64,000 bases of DNA from the NCBI GenBank assembly GCA_002269645.1, contig NIVC01002901.1:62001-126000 (forward strand), given 5' to 3'. Positions 1-17,567 of this stretch are shown one piece after another (the stretch's first letter is position 1; the number at the start of each line of letters is the position of its first letter). The DNA comes from Macrostomum lignano (taxonomy: Eukaryota). The notes under the pieces were generated by a model, which had not been told where the DNA came from, searched no databases, and saw nothing but the letters and a program-made list of their open reading frames with translations. The position numbers and the translations under genes are program-made.

Positions 1-262
1 TTAATTGAAGGAGACAATTTTCCTGAGCTATTTTCGATGCATTCTAGAGCTTTAAAGGACTTCAGACAAAGCAGGTAGAATCCTCTTATTGTGCTTATTA
101 TCTTTGAGAAAATATCAGTGCCGTAGGAACAATAACTGCAAGCGTGTAGTTACACTTTAGCATTGAAAGTAAGAGTTGCCAGGCAATGCAAAGTTACTTA
201 GCAGCTACAGGCGAAAGTGAATGCTTTATGCCTAGTCTAGCAGCAAAGTCAGTTAGCTGCTG

Positions 263-1036
263 TCAAATGTCCGGCAGGCGGTAGAACTCCACATTCTTGT
301 CCGGCCGGCAGCTGTATAGTGACTCAGCGCTGCCCTTGTCCTCCTCCTCATCCTCCTCCTCTGCCTCGTCCGCCGCGCCCCCCTCCGACTCTTCGTCCCC
401 GGCCTCCCAAGCTACGCCGGCGGCCCGGCGCCGCCAGCGCCTAGCGGCAAACTTCTTCTTTAAGCGCCTGAGCGGCTTGGCTGCCTGCGAGGCGGACGAA
501 CCGGTGGCGCCAGCTGCGGCGCCGACCTCGGTCTCGACGTCGCCTTCCGCCTCGCTGTCGTCCCGCTCCGGCGGGAACTCGACCTCCTCGCTGGGCAGGT
601 CGAGCATCTTGGCCACCTCGGCGATCTCCTGCTGATCCAGGATGGGGCAGAGGTCCATGATCTCGGAGTCCGCGAACGCGCCGCTTCCGTCGCCGCCACC
701 GCCGCCGGCGCCATCGTCGCCAACGAATTCGTCATCGCCCTCGCAGTCGGCCTCGCAGTCGCCGTCGCAGTCGGCCTCGCAGTCGTCGCTGTCCAAGTCC
801 TCGATGCTGTCCTCGTCTTCTTCAACCAGCTGGTACTTGCCCGCGCGCTGGAGAAGAAACTTGTCGCTCGCCAGTGGCTCCTCATCATCGCCAGCGGCCT
901 CTCGGCGGCTTCCGCCGCGGCTTCTGCTGCATTTTTGCTTCTGCTGCTGCCGCTGCTCCAGCTTGTCGAATTTGATGCGGCAATTTAAACAAAAAATTTC
1001 GGCGGGATGCGAGCTGACTGATTTTGTGCTCGGCAA
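263..1036 (-). CDS. Unidentified acidic low-complexity (Asp/Glu/Gly/Ala-rich) coding segment ending in a stop; probably the terminal exon of an unknown gene
   Basis: Open frame of 257 codons, GC-rich with coding-like codon usage (GAC/GAG/GCC), ending ...RPDKNVEFYRLPDI*. There is no ATG at the 5' end (the track uses TTG), so the true start or acceptor is unknown. I recognise no domain. Confidence 0.55.
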   Translation of the reverse strand: MPSTKSVSSHPAEIFCLNCRIKFDKLEQRQQQKQKCSRSRGGSRREAAGDDEEPLASDKFLLQRAGKYQLVEEDEDSIEDLDSDDCEADCDGDCEADCEGDDEFVGDDGAGGGGGDGSGAFADSEIMDLCPILDQQEIAEVAKMLDLPSEEVEFPPERDDSEAEGDVETEVGAAAGATGSSASQAAKPLRRLKKKFAARRWRRRAAGVAWEAGDEESEGGAADEAEEEDEEEDKGSAESLYSCRPDKNVEFYRLPDI

Positions 1037-1402
1037 CTCAGGCTACTCACATGAGCGAAAGCAGCTGTTTCTCATTCCACAGCAATCGGCCATAGACTAC
1101 CACAGAGGGGAGGCGCAACTCTGTCTAGAAATGCTACTGACTACTGGCAGCAGTAGAGTTATTGGGATGTTGCTTTGGCTTCATTACGGCAAAGGCAGGA
1201 CAGAAATGTAGCTTTACCTGCTTGCAAGTTCGCATTCAAAGGTAGCAAGGGCTAATCGAGTACAAGTACATTGTGAGTTCAGAAATTTTTATTCAACCTA
1301 ATTGGAGGCCAATTTCACTATGAAGAAATCATGGTTTTTGTTCCAGCTTTAGCGATAAAAATAATGAAAAAACTGCCTATGAAATCTACCTGCCATGCTA
1401 GT

Positions 1403-2499
1403 GACAATCAGGGGAGTCACTCAAGTCAGAGGAGTCACTCACAATCAGGGGAGTCACTCAAGTCAGAGGAGTCACTCACAGTCAGGGAATCATTCACAGT
1501 CAGGGGAATCACTCACAGTCAGGGGAGTCACTCACAGTCAGGGGAATCATTCAGTCAGGGGAATCACTCACAGTCAGGGGAGTCACTCACAGTCAGGGAA
1601 TCACTCACAGTCAGGGGAATCACTCACAGTCAGGGAAGTCACTCACAGTCAGAGGAGTCACTCACAGTCAGAGGAATCACTCACAGTCAGGGAATCATTC
1701 ACAGTCAGGGGAATCACTCACAGTCAGGGGAGTCACTCACAGTCAGGGGAATCATTCACAGTCAGGGGAATCACTCACAGTCAGGGGAATCATTCACAGT
1801 CAGGGGAATCACTCACAATCAGGGGAATCACTCACAGTCAGGGGAATCACTCACAGTCAGGAGAATCACTCACAATCAGGGGAGTCACTCACAATCAGGA
1901 GAATCACTCACAATCAGGAGAATCACTCACAATCAGGAGAATCACTCATAATCAGGGGAATCACTCACAATCAGGGAATCACTCATAATCAGGGGAATCA
2001 CTCACAATCAGGGAATCACTCACAATCAGTAGAATCACTCACAATCAGGGGAATCACTCACAATCAGGGAATCACTCACAATCAGTAGAATCACTCACAA
2101 TCAGTAGAATCACTCACAATCAGGGAATCACTCACAATCAGTAGAATCACTCACAATCAGGAGAATCACTCACAATCAGGGAATCACTCACAATCAGTAG
2201 AATCACTCACAATCAGGAGAATCACTCACAATCAGGGAGTCACTCACAATCGGGAGAATCACTCACAATCAGGAGAATCACTCACAATCAGGAGAATCAC
2301 TCACAATCAGGGGAGTCACTCACAATCAGGGGAGTCACTCACAATCAGGAGAATCACTCACAATCAGGAGAATCACTCACAATCAGGGGAGTCACTCACA
2401 ATCAGGAGAATCACTCACAATCAGGGGAATCACTCACAATCAGGGAGTCACTCACAATCAGAAGAATCACTCACAATCAGGGGAGTCACTCACAATCAG
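1403..2499 (-). repeat. 18-19-bp minisatellite (minus-strand unit CTGATTGTGAGTGATTCCC / CTGACTGTGAGTGAYTCCC) in an HFM1 intron
   Basis: About 55-60 visible copies of GGGARTCACTCACARTCA(G). The first copy overlaps the exon end and donor at 2494/2493. Confidence 0.95.
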
Positions 2500-5400
2500 A
2501 GCCGGCTTGGCCTCAGCGTGAGCGGCCACCAAACCAGCTAGGCGGTAGTTGAGGTTCATGTCGAACTTGAAGGCGGACTGCTCGGCGCCCCGATGATAGC
2601 CCAGCACCAGAGTCTTCAGCGGCACCGGCCGGGAGCGCTGATCAGCTCTGCGGATTTCGGCACGCTGCGGCCATGGGGTCCCGCTTCGAAAATATTTAAT
2701 TCTGCATAGCAACTCACTTGTAGTAGACCGCCTCCTGACCGCTCGCGTCTGTGAGCCACCGGGACAGCTGCGGGTTTGAATAATTATCAATATTTTCTCT
2801 TCATGACTGCCCGGCAACGATCTTCTCGGGTTTCACGGATTCACGTTTCGAATTCGGGAACTCAACAATATGAGGATTCGGTACCAGTTTAGGGATCTGG
2901 GAGCAGGTTAGGGATTTGGGAACAGGTTGAGGATTTGGGAAGAGGTTGAGGATTCGGTAACAGTTTAGGGATCTGGGAGCAGGCTAGGGATTTGGGAACA
3001 GGTTGAGGATTTGGGAAGAGGTTGAGGATTCGGGAACGGGTTGGGGATTTGGGAACAGGTTGGGGATTTGGGAACAGGTTGGGGATTTGGGAACAGGTTG
3101 GGGATTCGGGAACAGGTTGGAGATTTGGGAAGAGGTTGGGGATTTGGGAACAGGTTGGGGATTTGGGAACAGGTTGGGGATTTGGGAACAGGTTGGGGAT
3201 TTGGGAACAGGTTGGGAAGTTGGGAACAGATTGGGGATTTGGGAACAGGTTGGCGATTCGGGAACAGGTTGGAGATTTGGGAAGAGGTTGGAGATTTGGG
3301 AAGAGGTTGGGGAGTTGGGAACAGGTTGGGGAGTTGGGAACAGGTTGAGGATTTGGGAAGAGGTTGGGGATTTGGGAACAGGTTGGGGAGTTGGGAACAG
3401 GTTGGGGAGTTGGGAACAGGTTGGGGATTTGGGAACAGGTTGGGGAGTTGGGAACAGTTTGGGGATTTGGGAACAGGTTGGCGATTCGGGAACAGGTTGG
3501 AGATTTGGGAAGAGGTTGGGGAGTTGGGAACAGGTTGGGGAGTTGGGAACAGGTTGGGGAGTTAGGAAGAGGTTGGGGAGTTGGGAACAGGTTGGTGATT
3601 CGGGAACTGGTTGGAGATTTGGGAAGAGGTTGGGGAGTTGGGAACAGGTTGGGGATTTGGGAAGAGGTTGGGGATTTGGGAACAGGTTGGGGATTTGGGA
3701 ACAGGTTGGGGAGTTGGGAAGAGGTTGGGGAGTTGGGAACAGGTTGGTGATTCGGGAACTGGTTGGAGATTTGGGAACAGGTTGGTGATTTGGGAACAGG
3801 TTGGGGAGTTGGGAATAGGTTGGGGATTTGAGGATTCAGGAAAAGGTAGGGATTTGGAGATGATTAAACAGGTATTTAAGCACAGAGTTCCCAATGCTCA
3901 CATCTTCAACGTTTGGCGCGGTGGCGGAGACGGCCACAAACCGGTAGCGACAGGCGGCCTCGGGGAGGCGGCTCAGCAGCAGCATCCGGCTGATGGCGGC
4001 CTCCACTACCGCACCACGCCTGGCCTCGTGGATCACGTGAACCTGCAGCGGGATTGTTGGGTAGCGCAATGCAATATGCACATTGGAATCTGACAGGCTT
4101 GAATTGGAATCTGATATAGGTTTACATTGGAATCTGACAGGCTTACATTGGAAGCTGACAGGCTTACATTGGAAGCTGACAGGCTTACATTGGAATCCAA
4201 TAGGCTTACATTGGAGTCTGGTAGGCTTAAATTGGAATCTGACAGGCTTACATTGGAATCTTATAGGCTTACATAGGGACAATTTTAAGTTGTCCCTGGG
4301 CTTACATTGGAATCTGACAGGCTTACATTGGAATCTGATAGGCTTACATTGGAATCCAATAGGCTTACATTGGAATCTGATAGGCTTACATTAGAATCCA
4401 ATAGGCTTGCATAGGCACGAGTTTAAGTTGTCCCTGGGCTTACAACAGGCTTGCATTGGAATCTGATAGGTTTACATTGGAATCTGATAGGCTTACATTG
4501 GAATCTGATAGGCTTACATTGGAATCTGATAGGCTTACATTGGAATCTGATAGGCTTACATTGGAATCTGAGACATTTGCGTTGCAATTGAGGTGTTCAG
4601 TGTAGAATGTATTCTTTTGACTACCTGAAAGAAACTGTACACTAAAAGTGAGTTAAAGCTACCAACCTCATCAATCATGAACAGTCCAATGCTGGACATG
4701 AAGCTGGCGTTCTCCCTCCACCGCCTGGTCAGACTGTCCCATTTTTCCTGGGGAAGAAAAAATAGACAGCTGATTAACGTGAGGTGTATGAGCGTTACTT
4801 AATTTTATTGCCGAAAAAATTGTTACATTCATATAAACCTGATAATTCACTTCCCAATGTCACTCTCCCTAACTGCATTTACCCAATGTCACTCCCTATA
4901 GTTTTAATACCCCAATGTCACTCTCCCTAACTGCATTTCCCCAATGTCACTCTCCATAGTTTTAATACCCCAATGTCACTCTCCCTAACTGCATTTCCCC
5001 AATGTCACTCTCCATGGTTTTAATACCCCAATGTCACTCTCCCTAACTGCATTTCCCCAATGTCACTCTCCCTCCCTAATTTCACTTCCCCAATGTCACT
5101 CTCCCTAACTTCACTCTCCCTAACTTCACTTTCCCAATTTTATTCTCCCAAACTAATTTAATATACTTCTTAACCTCTAGACTCCATCCCAATCAGAGGC
5201 TGTAACAACGCTGCTGTCTGAAGCCACCCCAGCACCTCAGACCCACAGGTGTTGTGGCGATGATGTCGAGTCCCTCGATCTCGGCGAAGCTGATCTGCTC
5301 ATAATCTCCAGTGACGCAGCCGCAGGCCAGGCCAAACTGGGCACCGAATACGGACTCCCAGTGCGCCTGCTTCTCCTCGCAGAGGGCCTTCAGGGGAGAG

Positions 5401-6432
5401 ACTGTGGGGTTGGGAAATTAAAATAAAAAGCCTTGGAACTGGTGAAACAATATGAGTTCGAATGCCAGCGGCTAGGATATACTTTTGTGTAGCATTTTGT
5501 GTTTGCGTTGGTTTTCACTGCAATCTGGGAGGGTGTTCGTGTCCCGCCTGGAGGTCCTGTCTGAGGATCTGGGAGGGTGTTGGAGGAGGTCCTGTCTGAG
5601 GGTCTGGCAGGATGTTGGAGGAGGTCTTGTCTGAGGGTCTGGGAGGATGTTGGAGGAGGTCCTGTCTGAGGGTTTAGGAGGATGTTGGAGGTCCTGTCTG
5701 AGGGTCTGGGAGGGTGTTGGAGGAGGTCCTGTCTGAGGGTCTGGGAGGATGTTGGAGGTCCTGTCTGAGGGTTTAGGAGGATGTTGGAGGTCCTGTCTGA
5801 GGGTCTGGGAGGGTGTTGGAGGAGGTCCTGTCTGAGGGTCTGGGAGGGTGTTGGAGGAGGTCCTGTCTGAGGGTCTGGGAGGATGTTGGAGGTCCTGTCT
5901 GAGGGTCTGGGAGGATGTTGGAGGTCCTGTCTGAGGGTCTGGGAGGATGTTGGAGGTCCTGTCTGAGGGTCTGGGAGGGGTTTTTGAGTCCCGCTCAAGA
6001 ATCTGGAAGGCTAATGTAAATCAAAGAAGTCAGCATCGGGGCGGGTAGCTGGAACCCGAACCCACTGTAGACGGCCTTCTTGAACTCGCCGCCGTTCCGA
6101 CGCTGTTCGTCAAGATTCCTGATGATGGCCAGGTCGAACGCCACGGTCTTGCCGCTGCCAGTTGGCGCGGACACGACCAGATTCCTATCCGAGCCCAGGG
6201 CCTTGAGGATTGAGATTGGATCATATAGCTAGTTATAAATACCAAATAGTGCTTGCAGTTGTGATCTGGTGGAAACTAAAGTTCAAGAGGGTGATTGGAA
6301 TGAGCAAAACTGACAGAAATGTCATAGGACAATTAGAAATAATACCATTTAATTCATGGATTACAGCAAAATACATACCATAGGCAAAATTTTGGCTTGC
6401 ATTGAGTTAAACTCATTAAAACCAAAAACTTT
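2494..6432 (-). CDS. HFM1: HFM1/MER3-like DExH-box meiotic DNA helicase, N-terminal part of the helicase core (7 exons)
   Basis: Hand-spliced exons on the minus strand: 6432-6379, 6201-6066, 5401-5247, 4747-4667, 4042-3902, 2767-2718, 2647-2494. All introns are GT-AG, phases are consistent, and the total is 771 nt. The product reads KVFGFNEFNSMQAKILPM-ALGSDRNLVVSAPTGSGKT (Walker A)...VYISPLKALC...TTPEKWDSLTRRW...LFMIDEVH (DExH)...RGAVVEAAISRM...RFVAVSATAPNVED...WL...RPVPLKTLVLGY...FKFDMNLNYRL...KPALI, which is colinear with the HFM1/Mer3 motifs. The 5' boundary of the first exon is less certain. Upstream and downstream exons were not found. Confidence 0.9.
2870..3835 (+). repeat. 19-bp G-rich minisatellite (GGGATTTGGGAACAGGTTG) in an HFM1 intron
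   Basis: About 50 degenerate tandem copies. These explain the repetitive W/G-rich ORFs at 3003-3788. Confidence 0.95.
4085..4570 (+). repeat. 21-bp minisatellite (GGCTTACATTGGAATCTGAYA) in an HFM1 intron
   Basis: About 20 visible tandem copies. Confidence 0.95.
4850..5135 (+). repeat. Short alternating tandem array with core CCCAATGTCACTCTCC
   Basis: About 9 copies of CCCAATGTCACTC with two alternating spacers (CTAACTGCATTT / ATAGTTTTAATA). Confidence 0.85.
5520..5980 (+). repeat. 32-35-bp minisatellite (GAGGTCCTGTCTGAGGGTCTGGGAGGATGTTG)
   Basis: About 13 visible tandem copies in the intron between HFM1 exons 6066-6201 and 5247-5401. Confidence 0.95.
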
Positions 6433-8224
6433 CTGGTACTCAGAAGGTGCAGGAAAAGATTAGGGCAAGTTAAGGAAAGTTTATAATAAAAATGCACAAC
6501 TAGATTAAACAGCTTTTTAATGATATAAGTAATGGCTAAAGCTAAATTTCATAAGTAGACTGACAATAAATATTTTTTTATAAAAAGGATATCAATCAGA
6601 TCAGCAACTTGGTGGGTCATTGTATAATATTTTCCTGTGTAAGGCCAAAATCTGAAATCTTTAAAAAGTCATCTTTAGTTTCTTAGTCAAATATTTGCAG
6701 TAAAATTTGTGTTATTATGGTTTAACTAATCTCCAAAAGGCAATGCAACAAAAATTATACTTATTAATCATTAAAAATAGTTATAGGACTAAAAGCTACT
6801 AAGGGAATAGAGAATTTAGATAACTGATATGACCACAGTCTATATGTTAATGTGGTAATTTTTTTATTTTTAAACATTGATTTGTAATTTGGGTTTCTTT
6901 TGAAATATGTTAATAATGCTATGCTTTCATTTTTAGATTTTTTTATTTTATTGGGCCTAATCAAACGCTTTAGGATTAGAAGGGTATAATAAAAGATATG
7001 ATGTTTCTGATTTAATGCTAATTTTAAATAAAACTTTTAAATAAATCAAAAATACACTTGTGTGACTAAAATTGTATCAATACTATCCTTAGAAAATATA
7101 GAAAGCTGTTTGGATGATATCATATTGGTATAACTATAGATCATATTTAGATCTAGATCTTTTTACTCATTATGAAAGAGTTAAAAACGCTCTGTGCTAC
7201 AGTTCAGACTAATTATTATTGCAAATAAAAAATACAATAATATAGTGATGAAGAGTTGAGGAGGGTAGCAAAAACTTTGAACAAGTGCAACCGATGTATG
7301 CAGTTTCAGGATCATGTTTTTCTCTGAATAATAACTCTAGTTTCAACTCAGTTATATCCGTTAAAAATCTGATAGGTTATGTTATCGTTCGTTATGTCAG
7401 AGGAACATGTTCGAGTAGTTTTCTTTAACTTCTGTTTCGTGCGAAAATTTTAAACTTTCAAGTCACATTTTTCACAGATATAATAAAACAAATTATTTTA
7501 CAGTTGTAATGCAAAAAAATCAGTCAATACATAATATGGCATAAGGAAGCCTAATTTTGCTTTTATAATATTTTTACAAAGTATTTTTAATGTACAAGGT
7601 TTCAATACAATAAAATCAAATTTCCCGTTGTAATCGTTTGAACCGTGCTCAGCTTATTGATTACTTTAATTTGACGAACTTTTAATAACTAAATAGTTGC
7701 TAAAAGGTGAAACACCGCTTAGAGAGCACTTTAAAAATGTTTCTTGAATATTATGAAATGAAATGTCCTCTTATTTATTGAAATGAATAAACTCCTACAG
7801 TCCTACTCAATTATTTCAATTATTTAAACCCCATGCATTTATTCCTATTACAATGTCTTTGTCCAATTGTACACAGAAAGGCGGCCTTTGTTTCGCTGGG
7901 AAAACTCAAGAGCTCTGTTGAGAATATATAGTTTCTCAATTAGCCCAGGAAAAAGGCGCATGGGTAGCTGTTTCTTGGGTAGCTGTGGGCCAGCCGACCA
8001 CCTGAATCTGCCAGTGTTTCTTAAATTTGCGTTGATATGAAATTTTTATTAAAACAACTTCTGGACTTCAACGCCACCAATTTGAAGACGGATAATGACG
8101 ATTTGAACTTAAAGATCAAGCTCTCTGAGCTTAAGCCTAGTTACGAGTATTTGAAGCTATAACTAACGAAAGTTTAAACTTTTCGATCTGGGCTGTTTCC
8201 CGGAGGTCCATTGACTTCCCTAAT

Positions 8225-8409
8225 TGTTGTGTGTGGCTTGTGTGCAGTAATATTTACTCTCGCAATTTCGTGTACATCTGTGTACACTGCCCCCACCTCT
8301 TCTATGTACAGTGAAGTTCTCAACAATATAATATCGGTGTTTACCCAGTGCCTGGGTCTAAGAGTTTTCCTCGGTCGCTCGCAAACATGACTTGGCATTT
8401 ATCATAACA
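8225..8409 (+). repeat. Putative 5' LTR of the Gypsy element (about 185 bp)
   Basis: TG...CA termini with a short imperfect inverted repeat (TGTTGTG / CATAACA), immediately followed by a TGG-starting PBS-like sequence and gag. There is no second copy in the window to confirm the 5' boundary. Confidence 0.5.
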
Positions 8410-8440
8410 TGGCGTCGCAAGTCTAAACTATCTATCCAGT

Positions 8441-9699
8441 ATGGCAAGGATGGAAGGATTGAGGCCGCCAGAGCCTATGGTTTTTGACACCAATAGCGTG
8501 GACAACTGTAGAAAGTGGATCAAATCGTTCGATTTTTATATGAAAGCTACGAAGAGAACTGAAGAAAACAACGATGTGAAGATCGCCATTCTGCTAACCG
8601 CCCTCGGCTCGGATCCGACGGTCAAGATATCTACACGTTTCCTGCAGACAAAGTAGCCACGTACGACGAAGTCGAGGCATTCAAAGACTACTGCGAGCCT
8701 CTGTCAAACGAAACATTTGAGCGCTACCAGCTCCGGACAAAAGTGCAAGGAGAAGCTGAGGACTTTGACCAGTTTGTCAGCTCCCTCCGTCAGATCATCA
8801 AACGCTGCAATTACAGCAAGCCAGCTAACGAGGAGACTATCGAGAACAGTGTCCTTCGAAACCAGATCGTCATCGGAGTCAACGACCCAGCTCTGGGGGA
8901 AAGATTTCTGCGAGAGACGAAGCTGACTTTGGATCGCGCCATCCAGATGGGTCGAGCATCCGAGACTTCGAAGCGGCAGGCTCGGACCCTGGCCACTGCG
9001 CAGATCAGCCAAGTGACGCCTGCAGCCGCGCCAGCGTCTATCGATGCAGTGCAAAACCAAGCCAAAGCGACAGTCGGCCACGACAGATCGGCTCGAAGCT
9101 GCGGATTCTGCGGACAGCAGCATGAGCGGCGCAAGTTCCCGGCCTTCGGTAAGACCTGCAATAATTGTGGTCGCACGAATCATTTTTCGTCCGTGTGCCG
9201 CTCAGCGAAGGTCAACGAGCTGGTGGAGGACTCCAAGGCTGACTGTGCTGGCGATGCTCCGGCAGCAGCTATCATGATGGTTGAGAAGCCGAGTGCTCGC
9301 CAGCCCAAGTTGCAAACAGATGCCTCGTCGATGATGGCTTGCCTTTCAGTCACGGACTCCGGAAGAAAGTTGCACTTCAAGGTAGACACTGGGGCGGATG
9401 TTAATGTGATTTCTCTGAGACAGCCGATCCAGCTTGCCCCAGCAGCAGCAATTGAGCCTACGTCCTGGACACTGACCACCTACAATAAGCAGCTGTTGGA
9501 CGTGGTCGGCACCACGTACTTGACAGTGTCATCGCCCTGCCGTAAGAATGTCAGACTTCAGTTTGTAGTCATCGGCGAGAGCTCGATTAGCGGCTGGAAA
9601 TCAGCAATTGAGGAGCTTCAGTTAGTCAAGAAACTAATATTTGCTGTGCAGAGCCAGAGCAGCAGCATCAGCAAAGTGCAAAAACAGCCTCTCAGTTGA
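8441..9699 (+). pseudogene. Gypsy gag-protease, frameshifted
   Basis: ORFs 8441-8656 and 8743-9699 are joined by a frameshift near 8650. CCHC knuckles and the aspartic protease DTG motif are present. Confidence 0.9.
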
Positions 9700-10296
9700 A
9701 ACCGCATACCCTTAAGTATTCAACGGGGGGCAAACGGCAACTTAAACCGAGGGACTCTGTGACATCCGCCAGCTTTTCGTTTTTCGAGGAGGCTCTTCCC
9801 CCTCCTTTTCGTTCTGGCCTGGCGTGGAAGCGGCTAGCTTCCTCGTCTTGGTCTGCTGGTGGGGGACGGATCCCCCCTGCTGCTTTTTTGCGGGGCAGGT
9901 GGCTGCTAAGTAGTTGGCTGCTGGCTAAGCGCCAACTACCCATCGACAGCCCTTAGTTGCAACTGGTACCACACGGGTTCTCGAGGGCCGCTCTTGTGGG
10001 GGAGGGCTCGGGCGTCGGCTGTCAACTCGACCTGGCGCCTGTGTCCCAAGCCCGCAGCCGGCCTCCCGCCCCCTGATCTTGCAGAGTGTGGACCGGGGGC
10101 CTGCCGGAGCCTCGCCTGGGAGCAATCCTGGGATAAGGCGGCAACCCAAAGCTTCTCTGCTGTTTACCGTGGCAGAGGGTAGCTCCACGGAGCTGGCTGG
10201 GGGTATATCCAGTCCCCGAGCGGTTACCCCCCTCTTTTCTACATTTCAGTTTTTCCATTTCAGCCTACTCTGCATGGATAAATCAAAACCACCTGA

Positions 10297-15012
<4,716 letters not shown>

Positions 15013-15108
15013 TCCTTGTGCTCTTTTACCTTGGGGTTGCGATAGGGGCCTCGCGGCCTATTCGCGGCGCCTGCGCCCCCCGTCAGTAGTAAGTAAGTAA
15101 GTAAGTAA

Positions 15109-15984
15109 GTATTCAACGGCGTTGGCTGCATGAAGCAACCGTACACCATCCGGCTTGCTGACAACGCCGCGCCAAAAGTGCAGCCTCCTCGCAAGGTGCC
15201 GTTCGCTGCGTATTAACCGCTCAAATGTGAGCTCGAAAGACTGGAGAAAGAAGGCACCATTGTGCGAGTCGATGAGCCGACACAATGGGTCTCTAATGTG
15301 GCCATCGTCTGGAAGAAGGACGGATCCATGCGGCTGTGCCTGGATTCGACATACCTGAATAGGTTCATCGTTCGTGAGTACCATCCAATTCCGACTGCCA
15401 ATGAGGTGCGAGCTGCGACTGCTGGAGCCATCCTATACAGCTCATTCGACGCAAACGAGAGCTTTCATCAGCTGAAACTCGACGACGAAAGTTCTTACCT
15501 GACAACATTCCACACTCCATTTGGCCGATATCGCTGGAAGCGCGTGCCGTACGGTCTCTCGTCGATCCCGGAGGTCTTCCAGAAAAGAATGGAAGAGAAC
15601 GTCACCAACCACGTGAAGAACACCAAGAACTTCTTTGACGACATCATCGTTTGGGGCAAGACTATCGAGGAGCATGATCAGGCAGTGCGAGAGCTCCTGG
15701 AGCAGTGCAAGCGAGCCAAGGTGATGCTGAATCCACAGAAGATGCGAGTTGGCGTCCAAGAACTCAACTACCTGGGAGATGTGCTGAGCTCTGAAGGATT
15801 GCGTGCAGACCCGATTAAAATCAAAGCAATCAGGAAGATGACGAGGCCAAATGACGTTGAAGGCCTCACTTCAAAGAAGGAGCAGCTTCGCAGATTTCCC
15901 GGCTGCGTCACGTATCTGGCCAAGTTTTGTCCACATCTGTCCACCGCTGCAGAGCCCCTTAGACATCTGCTATCTGGAGTTTGA
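15109..15984 (+). pseudogene. Gypsy reverse transcriptase remnant, resuming after the LINE
   Basis: In-frame stop at about 15214, RT motifs as listed for the element, ending at LRHLLSGV* before RNase H. Confidence 0.9.
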
Positions 15985-17567
15985 CGCATCAGCATGATGA
16001 CGCGTACGATGCAATCATCACTGCAAATAAATTCCGAGCTCATCGCGGGATTAATGAATGACACAAAAACAGATCAAAATTGATGCTGAGAAACTCTTGT
16101 CCGTCAATGACTTTCCGTTTATTTTATCAATTTAAACTCTTCTCGCAATCTCTGTACTCGTAAATCCGTCCTGATACCAAAGCGGCTTTGAAATTAGAAT
16201 TGAAAAAAGTTTGACCCCCCTAGTTTCTAAGGCAGAGGTTCTAATTGGGAATTAAATAATAATATTGTTGTGTTTTGTTCTTGTATCATCTCAGACGCCC
16301 TGTCTCTCTCTCCCTCTCCCTGTCTCTCTCAGCCAATGAGAGAGCAGTGAGGAGAGAGGACGGACGAAACTCAGCCTAGTAAGGTGCAGGCCCAATTTAT
16401 CTCGCTCAACCAATCAGGGTAAAGTCAAAGTCAGACAGGCACAAGCGGGCAAGAGAAAAGCCTCGGCCTGGTTGGGGGGGGGGTTGGGGTACCTACCCCC
16501 TTTCTCTCTGGCTCGCTATGCACACACGAACTGGATTGGAGTTTTCCAAGTTTTCCTGTCTTTAATATACTTTATTTGATTTATTTTTAAATTGGAGTCG
16601 GTAAAACAGATGGGACATTCACATTGTTATGAATCGAATTAGCATCGAATTAATCACTTTCTGCTTTTTTGACTTAAATATGCGCCAGTAATGTAGCAGC
16701 AGTACACCAAGACAGCTGCTGCCCCTATCCCTACTCCGCAACATTCCTAATCCATCAAATATGTAATACGCCCTATCTCTAATTCACCAAATCTCCAAAC
16801 GCCAAAATGCAGGAAAAAGTAGTGAATAGCTACTAGTAGTAGCAAGTAGACACTGCTACATCCAACAGATTAAAAATCTGACATTAACCCTTATTTCCCC
16901 TCCATAACTGTATAGTAAGAGTACTTTTCATTTCCAAATATTTAATTCCACTAAATTTCTACTGTTATCAGTAAAATCCACATTTTGATACCCTTGAAAA
17001 AGCGCATTGCCAGAGGCAGAGCCTGAAGCGCGGAGGCCTCTGCTGCCTCAACGATATCACGACGTTGGCTTGGCTTGGAGTTCCCAATTCCAGGTTTCTA
17101 ATGCAGTCATCCATGGCTCAGTCCAAAGTAGCGGGTGTGAGAAGCCACTATAATTGCTTTTTTCTAGCAGCATAGACAGATAGTGGGCGGGAGGTGCGGC
17201 GGAGTTCGCGCGGCCCGCGGTGCGCCAAGATAAGGAGGCAGCCGGAGAACAAGGAGAAACTCGCCGCTGATACGCTGAACAATGAAACCACAGGGAGCAC
17301 GAGGTCGCGGCTTGTTGAGGCTCGCAGCGACCGCCGCTCGGCAGATAACAGGAGTTGATAAGTGGCTTCGGCCCGAGCAGCAGCAGCAATCGGTCGGAGA
17401 AAGAGTCTTTCTTCATTTGGGTCACGTGGGACTTAGTGCGTTGGCCGCGGTTCATCCCCCCCCCCGCCTCACGCCTAGCGAACCGCCGATATCTGCTCTC
17501 TCGAAGCCTCAGAAAAGCAGAAAAAACCGGGAAGAAGCAGCAGCAGCACCAGAGTGCCAGCAGCTCC

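Noticed and set aside
16260-16300. 3' LTR of the Gypsy element (starts TGTTGTGT like the 5' LTR)
   Set aside because: Similarity stops after 8 nt, and there is no polypurine tract or integrase upstream.
17355-17567. N-terminal extension of the MCT ORF as given in the track
   Set aside because: It begins at TTG rather than ATG and is low-complexity. The first ATG (17568) gives a normal-length N-terminus before the family motif.
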